Source: Pseudomonadota bacterium (GTDB lineage Bacteria; Pseudomonadota; Gammaproteobacteria; Xanthomonadales; Xanthomonadaceae). Taken from it: a stretch of DNA of 64,000 nucleotides. Positions 34,604 to 44,567 of the stretch are shown piece after piece. The first letter of the stretch is position 1. Every line of letters begins with the position of its first letter. The notes beneath the pieces are model-generated. The model saw nothing but the letters and a program-made list of their open reading frames with translations. It was not told the DNA's origin and searched no databases. The stretch is from contig JAEWZE010000048.1 of the NCBI GenBank assembly GCA_023395465.1, positions 12,744 through 76,743 on the forward strand, in the 5' to 3' direction. The position numbers and the translations under genes are program-made.

Positions 34604-35985
34604 GTCACACTGCTCCATCGTGGGAAGCGCGTGCCGGCAGGCGAAAGCTCGCCGCAGGCCTGTCGTGGGTGCCCATGATCGGCACCGCCAAAGAAGCGCT
34701 GCAGGCGGAGTTCAAGGCAGTACTGCGCACCTCTGGCACGTCCTATGGCGTCATCGCGCCCGGTCCCGAGCAGGGCTACACCCTCGCCGGCGCCGTTCGC
34801 GCAAATGCCTCGCGCAAGCGCGCAAAACTGTCTGGCCGCATCCCCGCCGCCATGTGGCTTGCCCACTCCGTGCAGCGGCCGACGATCTATGTCGAAGTGG
34901 TCGAAGGCGGCTACTGGGTGCTGGCGGCAAGCCCGGGCGAGATCGACCCCCGTGGCGACGTGGCCCTGTCGGGTGACGAGGCGGCCCAACTGGCCAGCCG
35001 CATCCTGTCGGAGGCCGTGGAGGCGGGCCAGGAGCCCGAGTTGGTGGTGTGGCCAACGATCGAGGCGATGCCCGCCGCGATGCCCCTGCCCGGCGCCACG
35101 CGCACCGCATCGCTCGAAGCGCTCCTGAGCGCCACCCCGCCCAAGGCCCGTGTCGGCAAGCACGTAGGCCTGCCCACGTGGGTCCCGATGGCCGCGCTGG
35201 TCGTGGTCTGTGCAACCGTGGGCTACACGGGCTTCGAGAAGATCAGCACCGCCGTGGAGAACAGCCGCCTGGCAGAGGCGGCCCGCCGGGATGCCGAGCG
35301 CCAGGAGGCCAACCGCCTGTTGGCCGAGCGCGAGCTGCAGCAGCGCCTGGCCGAGCACGCGCAGTCCCACCTGGACGCCATGCTCGATACGCCCTCCCCG
35401 ACCGATGCGGTCGACGCGTGCCTAGGCGCGACCCACCGCTTGCCCGCAATGCTCGGCGGCTGGTACTTGAGCGCGATCGACTGCGACGAGATGGGGCAGG
35501 CGCAGGGCACCTACACCCAGTCCGATTCGCTACGCGGTCGGGCGACGCAAGCCACGTTCCGCTCTGCCGCTGAGCGCCGCGGCTACAAGAGCGACTATGG
35601 CTGGTTCCAGTCCACGGCCAGCATCCAGCTGCCGGCACCGCCGCTTGCCCTGCGCAATCCGCCGCAGATCTCCTCGCTGCCCGGGACGCTACCCGCGTCC
35701 ACCGCGCTGTCTTCCCACGGCCAGCGCGTGGCGGCCATGTACGAGGGCGTGACGTTCCGCGCCGAGCGGCCGCAAGACATCGACCTGCCTGCTCTCGAGG
35801 GCCAGGAGGTCACGGCTGCGTACCGCACCAGCAAGCTGCGCATTGACGGCACGGGCTTGTGGTCAATGCCGGGAATCATCCCGGAGGGCGGAAACGTCGC
35901 GCTCTCGCGCATCACGCTGACTTCGGACGAAACCCAGCGCTGGACCTGGGTCGTGGAAGGCCAGTTCATCACCGCCATCGACTGA
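34600..35985 (+). CDS. pilO: Type IVb pilus assembly protein PilO
   Basis: GTG overlaps the pilN stop. Size, the single TM segment and the position between the secretin and PilP match R64/PAPI-1-type clusters. Confidence 0.6.
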   Translation: MSHTAPSWEARAGRRKLAAGLSWVPMIGTAKEALQAEFKAVLRTSGTSYGVIAPGPEQGYTLAGAVRANASRKRAKLSGRIPAAMWLAHSVQRPTIYVEVVEGGYWVLAASPGEIDPRGDVALSGDEAAQLASRILSEAVEAGQEPELVVWPTIEAMPAAMPLPGATRTASLEALLSATPPKARVGKHVGLPTWVPMAALVVVCATVGYTGFEKISTAVENSRLAEAARRDAERQEANRLLAERELQQRLAEHAQSHLDAMLDTPSPTDAVDACLGATHRLPAMLGGWYLSAIDCDEMGQAQGTYTQSDSLRGRATQATFRSAAERRGYKSDYGWFQSTASIQLPAPPLALRNPPQISSLPGTLPASTALSSHGQRVAAMYEGVTFRAERPQDIDLPALEGQEVTAAYRTSKLRIDGTGLWSMPGIIPEGGNVALSRITLTSDETQRWTWVVEGQFITAID

Positions 35986-35996
35986 GCAGGCAAACC

Positions 35997-36554
35997 ATGA
36001 AGAAGATCCTCACCGCCCTGGCGGTCCTGGCAATTTCCCCCGCACTGGCCAACCCGCCGCTCGCCGCGGCCACCGCGTCGGCCGAGCCAACCGCCACGCT
36101 CCCATCTCTGGCGCCCGCGCCGGACGATGCGCTTTCGCTCGCTTCGGCCGACGCCGTTACCGATGGCCGGGCACTGTTGCTGGTCGACCCCGAGGCGATC
36201 GCCGCGATGGAGGCGCGCCAGCGCCGCATCCAGGCGATGAATGATGAGCTGGCCGAGCTTTCACTGCGCCGCCAGCTGCAGGACATGCGCCGCGAGTTCT
36301 CAGGCAGCGGCGCGCTGCCCGTCAGCTTGCCGCGCCTGGTGGGCATCACGCTGCGCCGCGGCGTGCTGGTGGCCGAGTTCGCCGGGCAGATGGGCGTGTT
36401 CACCGCATTGGTGGGCGATGCCATCGCACCGGGATGGACGATCCGTGGCATCGGCGAACGCGAAGTCACGCTCACCGGGCTGGAGGATGGCCGCGCGTCG
36501 CGATACACCCTGAATGTGGGCGTCGACCAGCCCGTGCAGGCGCGTACCCGTTGA
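35997..36554 (+). CDS. pilP: Type IVb pilus protein PilP
   Basis: The signal peptide ends ALA-N. The position and size fit PilP. Confidence 0.55.
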   Translation: MKKILTALAVLAISPALANPPLAAATASAEPTATLPSLAPAPDDALSLASADAVTDGRALLLVDPEAIAAMEARQRRIQAMNDELAELSLRRQLQDMRREFSGSGALPVSLPRLVGITLRRGVLVAEFAGQMGVFTALVGDAIAPGWTIRGIGEREVTLTGLEDGRASRYTLNVGVDQPVQARTR

Positions 36555-38152
36555 TGAACGCCGTTCTCGCGCACCCGGCGCCGGTGGCGCTGCCGCCCAT
36601 TGAGTCGGCCGAGCAGATCCCGCCCTACAGCGAGAACCTGTGTCGGCCCGGCGGCCAGATTCGTCTGCGCGACGAAGACGCCAAGCTCGTTGCCCTTCTG
36701 GAAGTGGCTCACCGGCAGGTACTTGTGCTGTGGGCTGGCTCACCGTCGGAGCGACGCGCTCTCGTAGCAGCACAAGCGCGGGCGTCCACGCTGGGCTACA
36801 GGATCATGAGCGTGCGCAACGCCACGATCGAGGTGATCGCGCTGTGCAGCGAGGAGCAGGCCGCCCACGGCGAGGACAGCCTGGAGAGCACCGACGCCAC
36901 GCGCATGTTCGATGAATGGCTCGCGCGCGCCGTCGCCATGAAGGCATCCGACCTGCACATCATGCTGATGCGCACCCACGCGATGGTGCGCGTTCGCGTG
37001 GACGGCGAGCTGGTCAACCTGGCGCAGGTCCGTACCGGCGTGGCCGAGTCGGTGGCGCGAGCCATGTACACCCAGGCCGAGGTGGACAGCCGGCGCGGGC
37101 AGCCCTCGTTCAACAACGACGAGTTCCAGGATGCCGCAATCAGCCGCACCATCTCGGTGGGGGGCAAGGTCGAGGAGCTGAAGCTGCGGTGGGCCTCGGG
37201 CCCCGTGTGGCCGGACGCCTTTGACGTGTCCATCCGCATCCTCAACATCGGTCAGGAAACGCGCGAGCGCACGCTCGAGAAGCTGGGCTTCAACGCCAGC
37301 CAGCAGGCCGCGCTCGGCGATGCGCTCAAGGATCCGGCCGGCGTGATCCTGCTGTGCGGCCGGACGGGCGATGGCAAGTCGACGACGCTGGCAACGCTGG
37401 CGGACATGTGGGGCGCGCGTACCGGCGGAACCCGCCTGATGCGCACCATCGAGGACCCGCCGGAGTACCTGATCAAGGTCGCAAGGCAAATGCCTGTCTC
37501 GCGCACGGGCGGTGAGGGCGGCGCAACCGGCTTCCACCGGGCGCTGCGGGCGGCCATGCGGATGGACCCCGACTCGATTTTGGTAGGCGAGGTCAGAGAT
37601 GAGATCACGGCCGACCTGCTCCAACAGGTCATCCAGACGGGGCACAAGGCATTTGCCACCGTCCACGCCGGATCCCCGTTCACCGCGCTGTGGCGCCTGG
37701 AGGAGCTTGGCATCAAGCGCGCGCGTCTGGTGGACGAAGGGTTCATCAACGCGATCGTCCACCAGACCCTTGTCCCGGTGCTGTGCCGGCACTGCGCCCG
37801 CCCGATGTCGGATGCCAACGTGCCGCCTGACCTGCACGAGCAGCTGGCTGCCGCGCTCGATTCCGAGCAGCTTGCCGCCGTCCGCGTCCGCGGCCCTGCC
37901 TGCGAGCACTGCCACAACGGCGTCAGCGGCCGGCGCGCCATCGCCGAGATCCTCCTGCCCGACACGCGCATGCGCGTGCTGCTGCGCAAGGGCGAGGACA
38001 TGGAAGCGATCGACTACTGGCGCAGCGGCACGATGCCGCTGCATGGCGATGTCCAGGCCCGATCGCTCACCGCCCAGGCCATGGAACTGATCGGCAGTGG
38101 CCTGGTGTCTCCCTTGGACGCTGAACTGATCGTTGGGCGCCTGCACCCGTGA
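36554..38152 (+). CDS. pilQ: Type IVb pilus assembly ATPase PilQ (GspE/PilB family)
   Basis: Walker A is GRTGDGKST, the Asp box is VGEVRD, and the tetracysteine motif is CRHC...CEHC. ATG 36554 overlaps the pilP stop (TGATG). Confidence 0.85.
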   Translation: MNAVLAHPAPVALPPIESAEQIPPYSENLCRPGGQIRLRDEDAKLVALLEVAHRQVLVLWAGSPSERRALVAAQARASTLGYRIMSVRNATIEVIALCSEEQAAHGEDSLESTDATRMFDEWLARAVAMKASDLHIMLMRTHAMVRVRVDGELVNLAQVRTGVAESVARAMYTQAEVDSRRGQPSFNNDEFQDAAISRTISVGGKVEELKLRWASGPVWPDAFDVSIRILNIGQETRERTLEKLGFNASQQAALGDALKDPAGVILLCGRTGDGKSTTLATLADMWGARTGGTRLMRTIEDPPEYLIKVARQMPVSRTGGEGGATGFHRALRAAMRMDPDSILVGEVRDEITADLLQQVIQTGHKAFATVHAGSPFTALWRLEELGIKRARLVDEGFINAIVHQTLVPVLCRHCARPMSDANVPPDLHEQLAAALDSEQLAAVRVRGPACEHCHNGVSGRRAIAEILLPDTRMRVLLRKGEDMEAIDYWRSGTMPLHGDVQARSLTAQAMELIGSGLVSPLDAELIVGRLHP

Positions 38153-39243
38153 ACGCCTACACCGCCACCATGCACCCCGACGGCCTGATCGAGCGGGCCA
38201 TGCTTTCGAGCGCACGCAGCAGCCTGCTATCGAACAAGGCGCGGCTGTCTCTGTACCGCAAGCTCTCGCGATTTGCCTCGCGCGGCTACGACGTGAAGGT
38301 GCCGCTTGAGCACATGCACCGCCGAGCGGTGGAGAAGAAGCGGGCCAGCGCGACGATCCTGGCTGCCTGGATCCGTGGGATCAATGATGGCCAGCGCTTC
38401 AGTGACCTGGTCGGCTCGATGATTCCCGCCGCCGAGCGCATGGCCATCGCCTCGGGCGAGGAATCTGGTCGCCTGGACGACGGGTTTGCCATGGCTGCCT
38501 ACATCGTTGAGTCCAGCGCCAAGCTCCGTACCGCCGTCTACGCCGGACTTGCCTATCCGACCGTCCTGCTCCTGCTGTTGCTGGTCATGCTCGGCTTCAT
38601 CGCCTACCTGCTCATCCCGGTATTGGTGCAGATGTACCCGGTGGAGTTCTGGCCAATGACATCGGCCGCTCTCTACTACCTCTCCCTGGCGGTGAAGTCC
38701 TACGGCGCACCTGCGCTGGCGCTGCTGGTGGCCGGGCTCATCGTGGCAAACCTCACGCTTCCGCGCTGGACCGGGCCTGTCCGCGCAAAGCTCGATCATG
38801 CGCTGCCGCCCTGGTCGATCTATCGCGAGATCCAGTCCGGACTGCTGCTGGTCAGCCTGTCTGGCGTGGTGCGTGCCGGCGCGCCTCTGGACGATGCGCT
38901 CCGCCGCCTCAAGCGCGCTTCCTCGCCGTGGCTTGAGGCCCATATCGACCAGATGATCACCGGCATTGCCGAGGGCGAGCGTCCAGCCCTGGCGATGGAA
39001 ACCGGGCTGATGAGCGCTGCGTTGATGGACGACCTGCTCGCCTACGACCAGGCCGGAGACCTGTCCACCGCGATCCTTGGCCTTGGCCAGGACGCGGTGG
39101 ATCTGGTCGCAGAGAAGATTCGCGGCATCTGCGCCGTGACCGGTGTCCTGCTGATGATCTCGGTGGGCGCCTCCCTGGTGTGGACCTGGGGTTCGTTCGT
39201 CATGGTCTTCATGGCCATGCGCTCAGGGACCACGCCGATCTGA
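38149..39243 (+). CDS. pilR: Type IVb pilus inner-membrane platform protein PilR (GspF/PilC family)
   Basis: GTG overlaps the upstream stop. The protein is polytopic, 364 aa, and sits directly after the ATPase. Confidence 0.75.
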   Translation: MNAYTATMHPDGLIERAMLSSARSSLLSNKARLSLYRKLSRFASRGYDVKVPLEHMHRRAVEKKRASATILAAWIRGINDGQRFSDLVGSMIPAAERMAIASGEESGRLDDGFAMAAYIVESSAKLRTAVYAGLAYPTVLLLLLLVMLGFIAYLLIPVLVQMYPVEFWPMTSAALYYLSLAVKSYGAPALALLVAGLIVANLTLPRWTGPVRAKLDHALPPWSIYREIQSGLLLVSLSGVVRAGAPLDDALRRLKRASSPWLEAHIDQMITGIAEGERPALAMETGLMSAALMDDLLAYDQAGDLSTAILGLGQDAVDLVAEKIRGICAVTGVLLMISVGASLVWTWGSFVMVFMAMRSGTTPI

Positions 39244-39277
39244 CCCGCACCACCCTACATCGAAGGAACCAACTGCA

Positions 39278-39832
39278 GTGATCCACAACAAGCTCCCCTC
39301 CCGCCGCAACCAGGCCGGCCTGACGCTCATCGAACTCATGATCGGCATCGCGATCGTCCTGCTCATCACCGCCGTCACCGTCGCCATCGCCGCCAACGTC
39401 CGGTCAGACCAGAAAACCAGCGAGCTGCACACGCAGATCGTGCAGATCTCCTCGTCCTTGTCCGGCCTGGCGCCCAATGGCGATTACACCGGCATCACCG
39501 AGAAGACCCTGATCGACGCCGGCAAGGTGCCCGCTAGCTGGATCGTTGGCACCGGCGAGTCGGCCAAGCTGATGGCATCGTTCGGCGGCCCGATCACCGT
39601 AGCCGCGGGTACCGGCACTGGCCTGAACATCACGGTTTCGGACGTGCCCTCTTCCGCATGCGCCTCTGTTCTGACCAACGTGCAGCAGAACTTCACCAAG
39701 CTCACCGTCGGTTCCACCGAAGTCACCACCCGCACGCCCGCCGCTTTCGCCACGGCTTGTGCCAATGGCCCGGTCGACCTGGTGTTCGGCATGTGCGCCA
39801 GCCCGGCCGCTGACTGCTTTGCCGCTGGCTGA
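39278..39832 (+). CDS. pilS: Type IVb prepilin PilS (major pilin candidate)
   Basis: The class III signal is ...RRNQAG/LTLIELMIGIAIVLL with Glu at +5. Confidence 0.75.
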   Translation: MIHNKLPSRRNQAGLTLIELMIGIAIVLLITAVTVAIAANVRSDQKTSELHTQIVQISSSLSGLAPNGDYTGITEKTLIDAGKVPASWIVGTGESAKLMASFGGPITVAAGTGTGLNITVSDVPSSACASVLTNVQQNFTKLTVGSTEVTTRTPAAFATACANGPVDLVFGMCASPAADCFAAG

Positions 39833-39852
39833 CCGAAAGGAGTCCCCGCGCC

Positions 39853-40449
39853 ATGTTGACGACCAAGGCCCATGTTCGACGCCGCGTTGCCAGCGCCCGC
39901 ACGGCGCGGGGCCTCACCCTGATTGAATTGCTGATCGCCCTGACGATCACGCTCACGCTGATCGGCGCATCCGTTGCACTGTCGATGCAGGTTCGCGCCT
40001 CGGTGCGCAGTGGGGCGCTGTTACAGGCGACTTCGCGCATCGTCACTGCCACGCGGCAGCTGCAGCAAGGCGAGGCCTCCATCGGCTACGCCGGTATCAC
40101 CGCCGCTGGCCTCCACGCGCGCTCCAGCGCACTGGACGACTTGTTCTACCTGACCGGGACAACCGGCGAATTCCGGGCTGCCGGCGTGAGCATCGTTCTC
40201 GCCGACAGCCCTTACTACCGCACCGGCACGGGCGCGGCCGCAGGCTTGGCCGGTGACGGCTTCGCCCTGAGCTTTGCACCGTTGGAGCCGGAGGCATGCA
40301 CGGACCTGCTGCAGGCCCATGCCGGCGATGCCACCGCTGCAGTGGTGGGGTCCACCCCGGTCCTGGTCGGCGAGCAGGCCACGATCGCGCAGATCTCCGC
40401 TGCATGCGCCACGCCCGAAGCCAGCACCACCACCCTGCATTTCAACTGA
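39853..40449 (+). CDS. Prepilin-type minor pilin
   Basis: The class III signal is ...ARTARG/LTLIELLIALTITL with Glu at +5. Confidence 0.65.
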   Translation: MLTTKAHVRRRVASARTARGLTLIELLIALTITLTLIGASVALSMQVRASVRSGALLQATSRIVTATRQLQQGEASIGYAGITAAGLHARSSALDDLFYLTGTTGEFRAAGVSIVLADSPYYRTGTGAAAGLAGDGFALSFAPLEPEACTDLLQAHAGDATAAVVGSTPVLVGEQATIAQISAACATPEASTTTLHFN

Positions 40450-40453
40450 CCCG

Positions 40454-41575
40454 ATGTCGATGCCGGTGACCAACCACCAGCGCCAGGCCTGTGCGCCCAC
40501 GGCGCTGGCCGACCTTGACCGCATCATCGACCTGTACGCGTACGAGCAGGCGCCACAGGGCCATCTGGCCGGCACGACGACCGGCGGCGGCGCTGGCGCC
40601 TACTGCTACTACGGTGCCCCGACGCTCGCCCACCTGGCAGGCACTGAGATTGCCTCCTGGGTCGACGGCCTGCTCGCCCACATCAGCCGCACCAATCCAT
40701 CGGCAGAGGACTTCAGGGTGGAGTTCGATGGCCGCGCCTGGCGCGTGTGCCGCGACGTCTCGGGCGACGTGGGGACGCAGCTCAACATCCGCCGTCTCGC
40801 GCCCACCACCCCGCTCCTGGCGGAGCTGCGGCTCGGCGTGCCGCTCGTGCGCGAGCTGCTGCTGGCACCGTGGCTCAACGATGGCGGGCTGGTGGTGTTC
40901 GCAGGGCTCAACGGCCAGGGCAAGACGACGCTCGCCGCATCAACCGTGCGGTCCAGGCTGGAGCGCTACGGCGGCCGCGCGATTACCGTCGAGGATGTGC
41001 TCGAGCATCCCCTCGAAGGCACCTGGGGGCCGGGTTCGTGCCGGCAGATCCAGGTCAATTACGACACCGTTAGCCGCCAGTCCGGTTTCACCGGCGCAGT
41101 GCGCCGCGCCTACCGCAGCATGCCCGCAACGCGGCCTGCGATCCTGTACGTGGGCGAGGTTCGTGACGTTGAGACGGCGGAAGAGGTGGTCAAGGCCGCC
41201 TCCAACGGCATGCTGGTGATCACTACCGCACACGCCAGCGACGCGGGCGCGGCGATCGAGCGGATCGCAACCCTCTCGCAGGCCACGATGGGGGATGCGG
41301 CCCGCTCCGCGCTGGCGCACGCCCTGCGCCTGGTCGTCCACCAGAGCCTGACGCTCAGTCCCGAGAAGACCGGGTGGGATCGCGGTGCATTCCAACAGCA
41401 GATCCTGTTCTCCGATGGGCCAGCACACCCGACGGCGAACAATATCCGCCGCGGGGAGTTCGCGATGATGGGTCAGGTGCAACGATTCCAGCAGACCCGC
41501 CTGGCCAACGCGTCCAGGCGTGGAGCCGGAGCGGCTGAACTGCTGCGTGAGTTAGGCCAGGCTGCGGGGCATTAA
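40454..41575 (+). CDS. pilT: PilT/PilU-like P-loop ATPase
   Basis: Walker A is GLNGQGKTT, the Asp box is YVGEVRD, and the His box is ITTAHA. ATG 40454 lies within track ORF 40274-41575. Confidence 0.65.
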   Translation: MSMPVTNHQRQACAPTALADLDRIIDLYAYEQAPQGHLAGTTTGGGAGAYCYYGAPTLAHLAGTEIASWVDGLLAHISRTNPSAEDFRVEFDGRAWRVCRDVSGDVGTQLNIRRLAPTTPLLAELRLGVPLVRELLLAPWLNDGGLVVFAGLNGQGKTTLAASTVRSRLERYGGRAITVEDVLEHPLEGTWGPGSCRQIQVNYDTVSRQSGFTGAVRRAYRSMPATRPAILYVGEVRDVETAEEVVKAASNGMLVITTAHASDAGAAIERIATLSQATMGDAARSALAHALRLVVHQSLTLSPEKTGWDRGAFQQQILFSDGPAHPTANNIRRGEFAMMGQVQRFQQTRLANASRRGAGAAELLRELGQAAGH

Positions 41576-41630
41576 GCCCTTATCTCGGCGAGCATGCGAC
41601 CATGCGCGCAGACCACAGTCCTCAGGGGGG

Positions 41631-42728
41631 ATGATGAAGGCTCCACTTATTGCCACGCTCGTCGTGGGTATGTCGCTGCTCACTTCGGATGTCGGGGCAC
41701 AATCCCTCCGCGAACGGCTGGGCAGTCTTGCCCGCGGCCAGGTCGAAGAAAAGGTCAGGGAGCGCGTTGCCCACGAACTGGGCGTGGAAAATGACATCAC
41801 CTCGCCGGTTGAAGTGGAGTACGAGAGCGATCCTAAACGGCCAGGCAGGATGAGGCGCAAGGTCGGGGTCGATCCCATCAGTGGAGCTCAGGTCGCCATG
41901 ATGGGTCACAACCAGAGCCTGGCGGCGGGTCGTTTCTACCCGGAGGATCATCAATTCATCCCACCCGTGCTTGAGGGATATACGCATGTTCGGCGAGGGC
42001 AAGGCCAATGGCTGCCAGCGTCCGCACGCGGGATTTCAACGTGTGATCCACGCTACATCGTTCTGGCCAAGGCCGGGCGGACTGACCCGATCGACCAAGT
42101 ACCCAGTGACTGTTTGAGGATGGAAGGGCAGATCGTCGGGGGGCGCAAGCTGGCGAATCCAGACCAGTTTGACGCCATGAACGCGGGTGCTAGCCGCGAA
42201 GAAGCAGTCGCCTCGTATCAGGATCGAGTCGCTACGCTCAGCGCGACCGACAAGTTCTACTTTCGTGGTGGCGGCGACTGGGTCGATGTCGATGGTGGCG
42301 TCATGCTCAAGCTCTCCAGCCAGCACTTCACCAATAGCTTGGGCTTTCTGGCAGGACCTAACGTCGTGACCCGCACCTACGGGGTCGGGGTTCATCGCGT
42401 TGACCCCGGTGAACTGGCATTTTTCATCCCACTGACCGCTGCGGAGATCGCAAGCCAAGCGGGTCCGAGCTGGAATGCCAAAGACACGTACTTCAATGAG
42501 AACTGGAGTACTGTCTTCTATCGCGTGACAAGCGTCCGACCCTGCCGCGGCGACATGTACCTGATCAACGTCGTCGTGGATGAAGTCAGGTATCACTTGG
42601 GGCGCGATGCGAACTCACCGCATCGATCATGGACGCGGAGCAGCGCACACACTCTACCGACCGGGGTTCCCGAGAACGCCCGCGCAAGTGGGCATGAGAT
42701 CGTCCCTGAGCAGCACTGCAAGACATAG
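41631..42728 (+). CDS. Secreted hypothetical protein (low-GC insertion inside the pil cluster)
   Basis: The Sec signal ends VGA-Q. GC is clearly lower than in the flanking pil genes. Confidence 0.6.
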   Translation: MMKAPLIATLVVGMSLLTSDVGAQSLRERLGSLARGQVEEKVRERVAHELGVENDITSPVEVEYESDPKRPGRMRRKVGVDPISGAQVAMMGHNQSLAAGRFYPEDHQFIPPVLEGYTHVRRGQGQWLPASARGISTCDPRYIVLAKAGRTDPIDQVPSDCLRMEGQIVGGRKLANPDQFDAMNAGASREEAVASYQDRVATLSATDKFYFRGGGDWVDVDGGVMLKLSSQHFTNSLGFLAGPNVVTRTYGVGVHRVDPGELAFFIPLTAAEIASQAGPSWNAKDTYFNENWSTVFYRVTSVRPCRGDMYLINVVVDEVRYHLGRDANSPHRSWTRSSAHTLPTGVPENARASGHEIVPEQHCKT

Positions 42729-42827
42729 ATCGACGCGCTAGCCAGAAGCTTCTCGAGCCTCTACGCAAGCTGAGAGTTACCGAATGGGAATTGAAGCTTA
42801 GAGGGCGGGAAACACGCTTGCACGAAG

Positions 42828-42850
42828 AAGGGCCGCCTGATGCGGCCCTT
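42828..42850. terminator. Hairpin between convergent genes (bidirectional terminator candidate)
   Basis: A 9-bp stem AAGGGCCGC/GCGGCCCTT with loop CTGAT. The flanks are T-poor. Confidence 0.45.
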
Positions 42851-42855
42851 CCTCG

Positions 42856-43497
42856 CTACTGGTCGGGTTGTGCGGGCTGTGGGCGCTTGAACTTGATATT
42901 GCCTTCCTCATCTCGGACCACGTAACCGTTCTCGTCGTACTCGTAGTCGTCAAGGAAAATGGTCCCGTATCGGGAGACCGCCGCCGCGCGGAGGTCTTCC
43001 TTTGTCATCGGCTTAGGCTTCTCGGACTTGGAATGGAATATCCATTTCACATGTCCGGTCCTGGGATCACGCAATGGGTAGGGCGAGTCTTTCCATGAAA
43101 GTGGCTTCGCGGTGGCCGCAAGCAAGGCATTGCCGATTCCGAACACGAGCGGCACGAGGGTGACCAGGGCCCCCCCGCCCATGAAGAGCCCGATGCTGAT
43201 CGAGCTCATCCAGTTCGGCATCGGCAGGTCCAGCATCATCGCGGCCGCGGCGCACAAGATCGCGATCACGAGCGCAACGAAACCCCACGCAAAGCCTCTC
43301 AGGAAACCCTTCGGCTTCCATTCACTGTAATTGCCCGTGGACAGCATTCGCTCACGACGCGCATGCCGGAAGCAGATCCAGAACAGGAAGGCCGATGCCG
43401 TCCAGGGCAGGATAGCGAGGTGGATGCCGCGTTCGGAGCCAGCCGCTCCGACTAAAAGCAGAACAACCGCCACCAGCATGAAGGGTACTGTGCCCAA
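42856..43497 (-). CDS. Membrane protein with a soluble C-terminal domain (low-GC insertion)
   Basis: TTG at 43497 has AGGAG 6 nt upstream (alternative ATG at 43479). There are about 4 TM helices. The gene is on the minus strand inside a + strand operon. Confidence 0.55.
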   Translation of the reverse strand: MGTVPFMLVAVVLLLVGAAGSERGIHLAILPWTASAFLFWICFRHARRERMLSTGNYSEWKPKGFLRGFAWGFVALVIAILCAAAAMMLDLPMPNWMSSISIGLFMGGGALVTLVPLVFGIGNALLAATAKPLSWKDSPYPLRDPRTGHVKWIFHSKSEKPKPMTKEDLRAAAVSRYGTIFLDDYEYDENGYVVRDEEGNIKFKRPQPAQPDQ

Positions 43498-43805
43498 AAT
43501 ATTCTCCTGACATTTGCGTCCGTGTGTGCACCTGGCCCGGCACGGATGACCGGCTAACAATAGTAGCGGCAGCTACGCCATGGACTGAAGCTCGGGGGTG
43601 GCCGGAGATGGGTCGATTGCGGCGACAATCCGCTCAGGCCGATCAGCTGCGTCTTCGTGAGGGCCGACGCTACAAGGCCCTGAGTGCAACCCCCGCCACA
43701 TGCGCGGCGGTTGGCCTGCATTGGAGGGCGCGGCCCTCATAGGATCACTGGGCCGCATGCGAGGCCGCTGGCCTGGCGTGCATTTCCCCACGCCGGACCC
43801 AGTAG

Positions 43806-44567
43806 ATGCGCACCCGAGCCAAGTTGACTCTCGCCGCAGCAGGGGCATCTGCTGGCTTGTTCCTTTCCGCATGCCAACAGCTCGGCGTGCCCGCCGCGAA
43901 CGCGACGCCCACGATGGACGCTGTGGCCGAGATCGTGCAAGCCGATCTTCCGCCGGGCCTGTCGGTAGACGAGATTCGCCCAAGCCCCGTCTCCGGCCTG
44001 CTGGAGCTGCGGGTAGGCACCGACATCCTCTACGTCACGCAAGACGGGAAGACCATCGTCCGCGGGTCCATGCTCGACCGTGCCAGCAAGCGCGACCTTA
44101 CGGCCGTGCGCCGCGCAGAGGTGGTGGCGGAGATGCTCGCGGCCGTCCCCCTCGATGAGGCGCACGTGTACCCGACCAACGCCGCCAAGCCGCGCCGCAT
44201 ATTCGTCTTCACCGACCCCTCCTGCCCCTACTGCCAGCGCTTCCACGAACAGGTGCCCTCTCTCACCGCAATGGGGGTGGAGGTCGTCTACCTGGGATTC
44301 CCGCGCGAGGGCATCGGTAGCCAGCCCTATGACCAGCTCACCGCAGCCTTCTGCAGCAAAGATCCCGACGCCGCGTTCGACGCGATCATGAAGCCTGGCA
44401 CCCAGACGGATTCGGCCGGCGCCTGCCTGTCCCCGGTGGACTACCACTTCGACCTGGCCCGCCAGTTGGAGGTGAGCGGCACACCGGCGATCTTCGACGC
44501 CAGCGGCCGTCAGATCGGCGGATACCTCACCGCAGAGCAGCTGGTCGCGGCGCTGGAGGCCAAATGA
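43806..44567 (+). CDS. DsbC/DsbG-family thiol:disulfide interchange lipoprotein
   Basis: Lipobox LSAC. The thioredoxin motif is FTDPSCPYCQRFH. Confidence 0.75.
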   Translation: MRTRAKLTLAAAGASAGLFLSACQQLGVPAANATPTMDAVAEIVQADLPPGLSVDEIRPSPVSGLLELRVGTDILYVTQDGKTIVRGSMLDRASKRDLTAVRRAEVVAEMLAAVPLDEAHVYPTNAAKPRRIFVFTDPSCPYCQRFHEQVPSLTAMGVEVVYLGFPREGIGSQPYDQLTAAFCSKDPDAAFDAIMKPGTQTDSAGACLSPVDYHFDLARQLEVSGTPAIFDASGRQIGGYLTAEQLVAALEAK

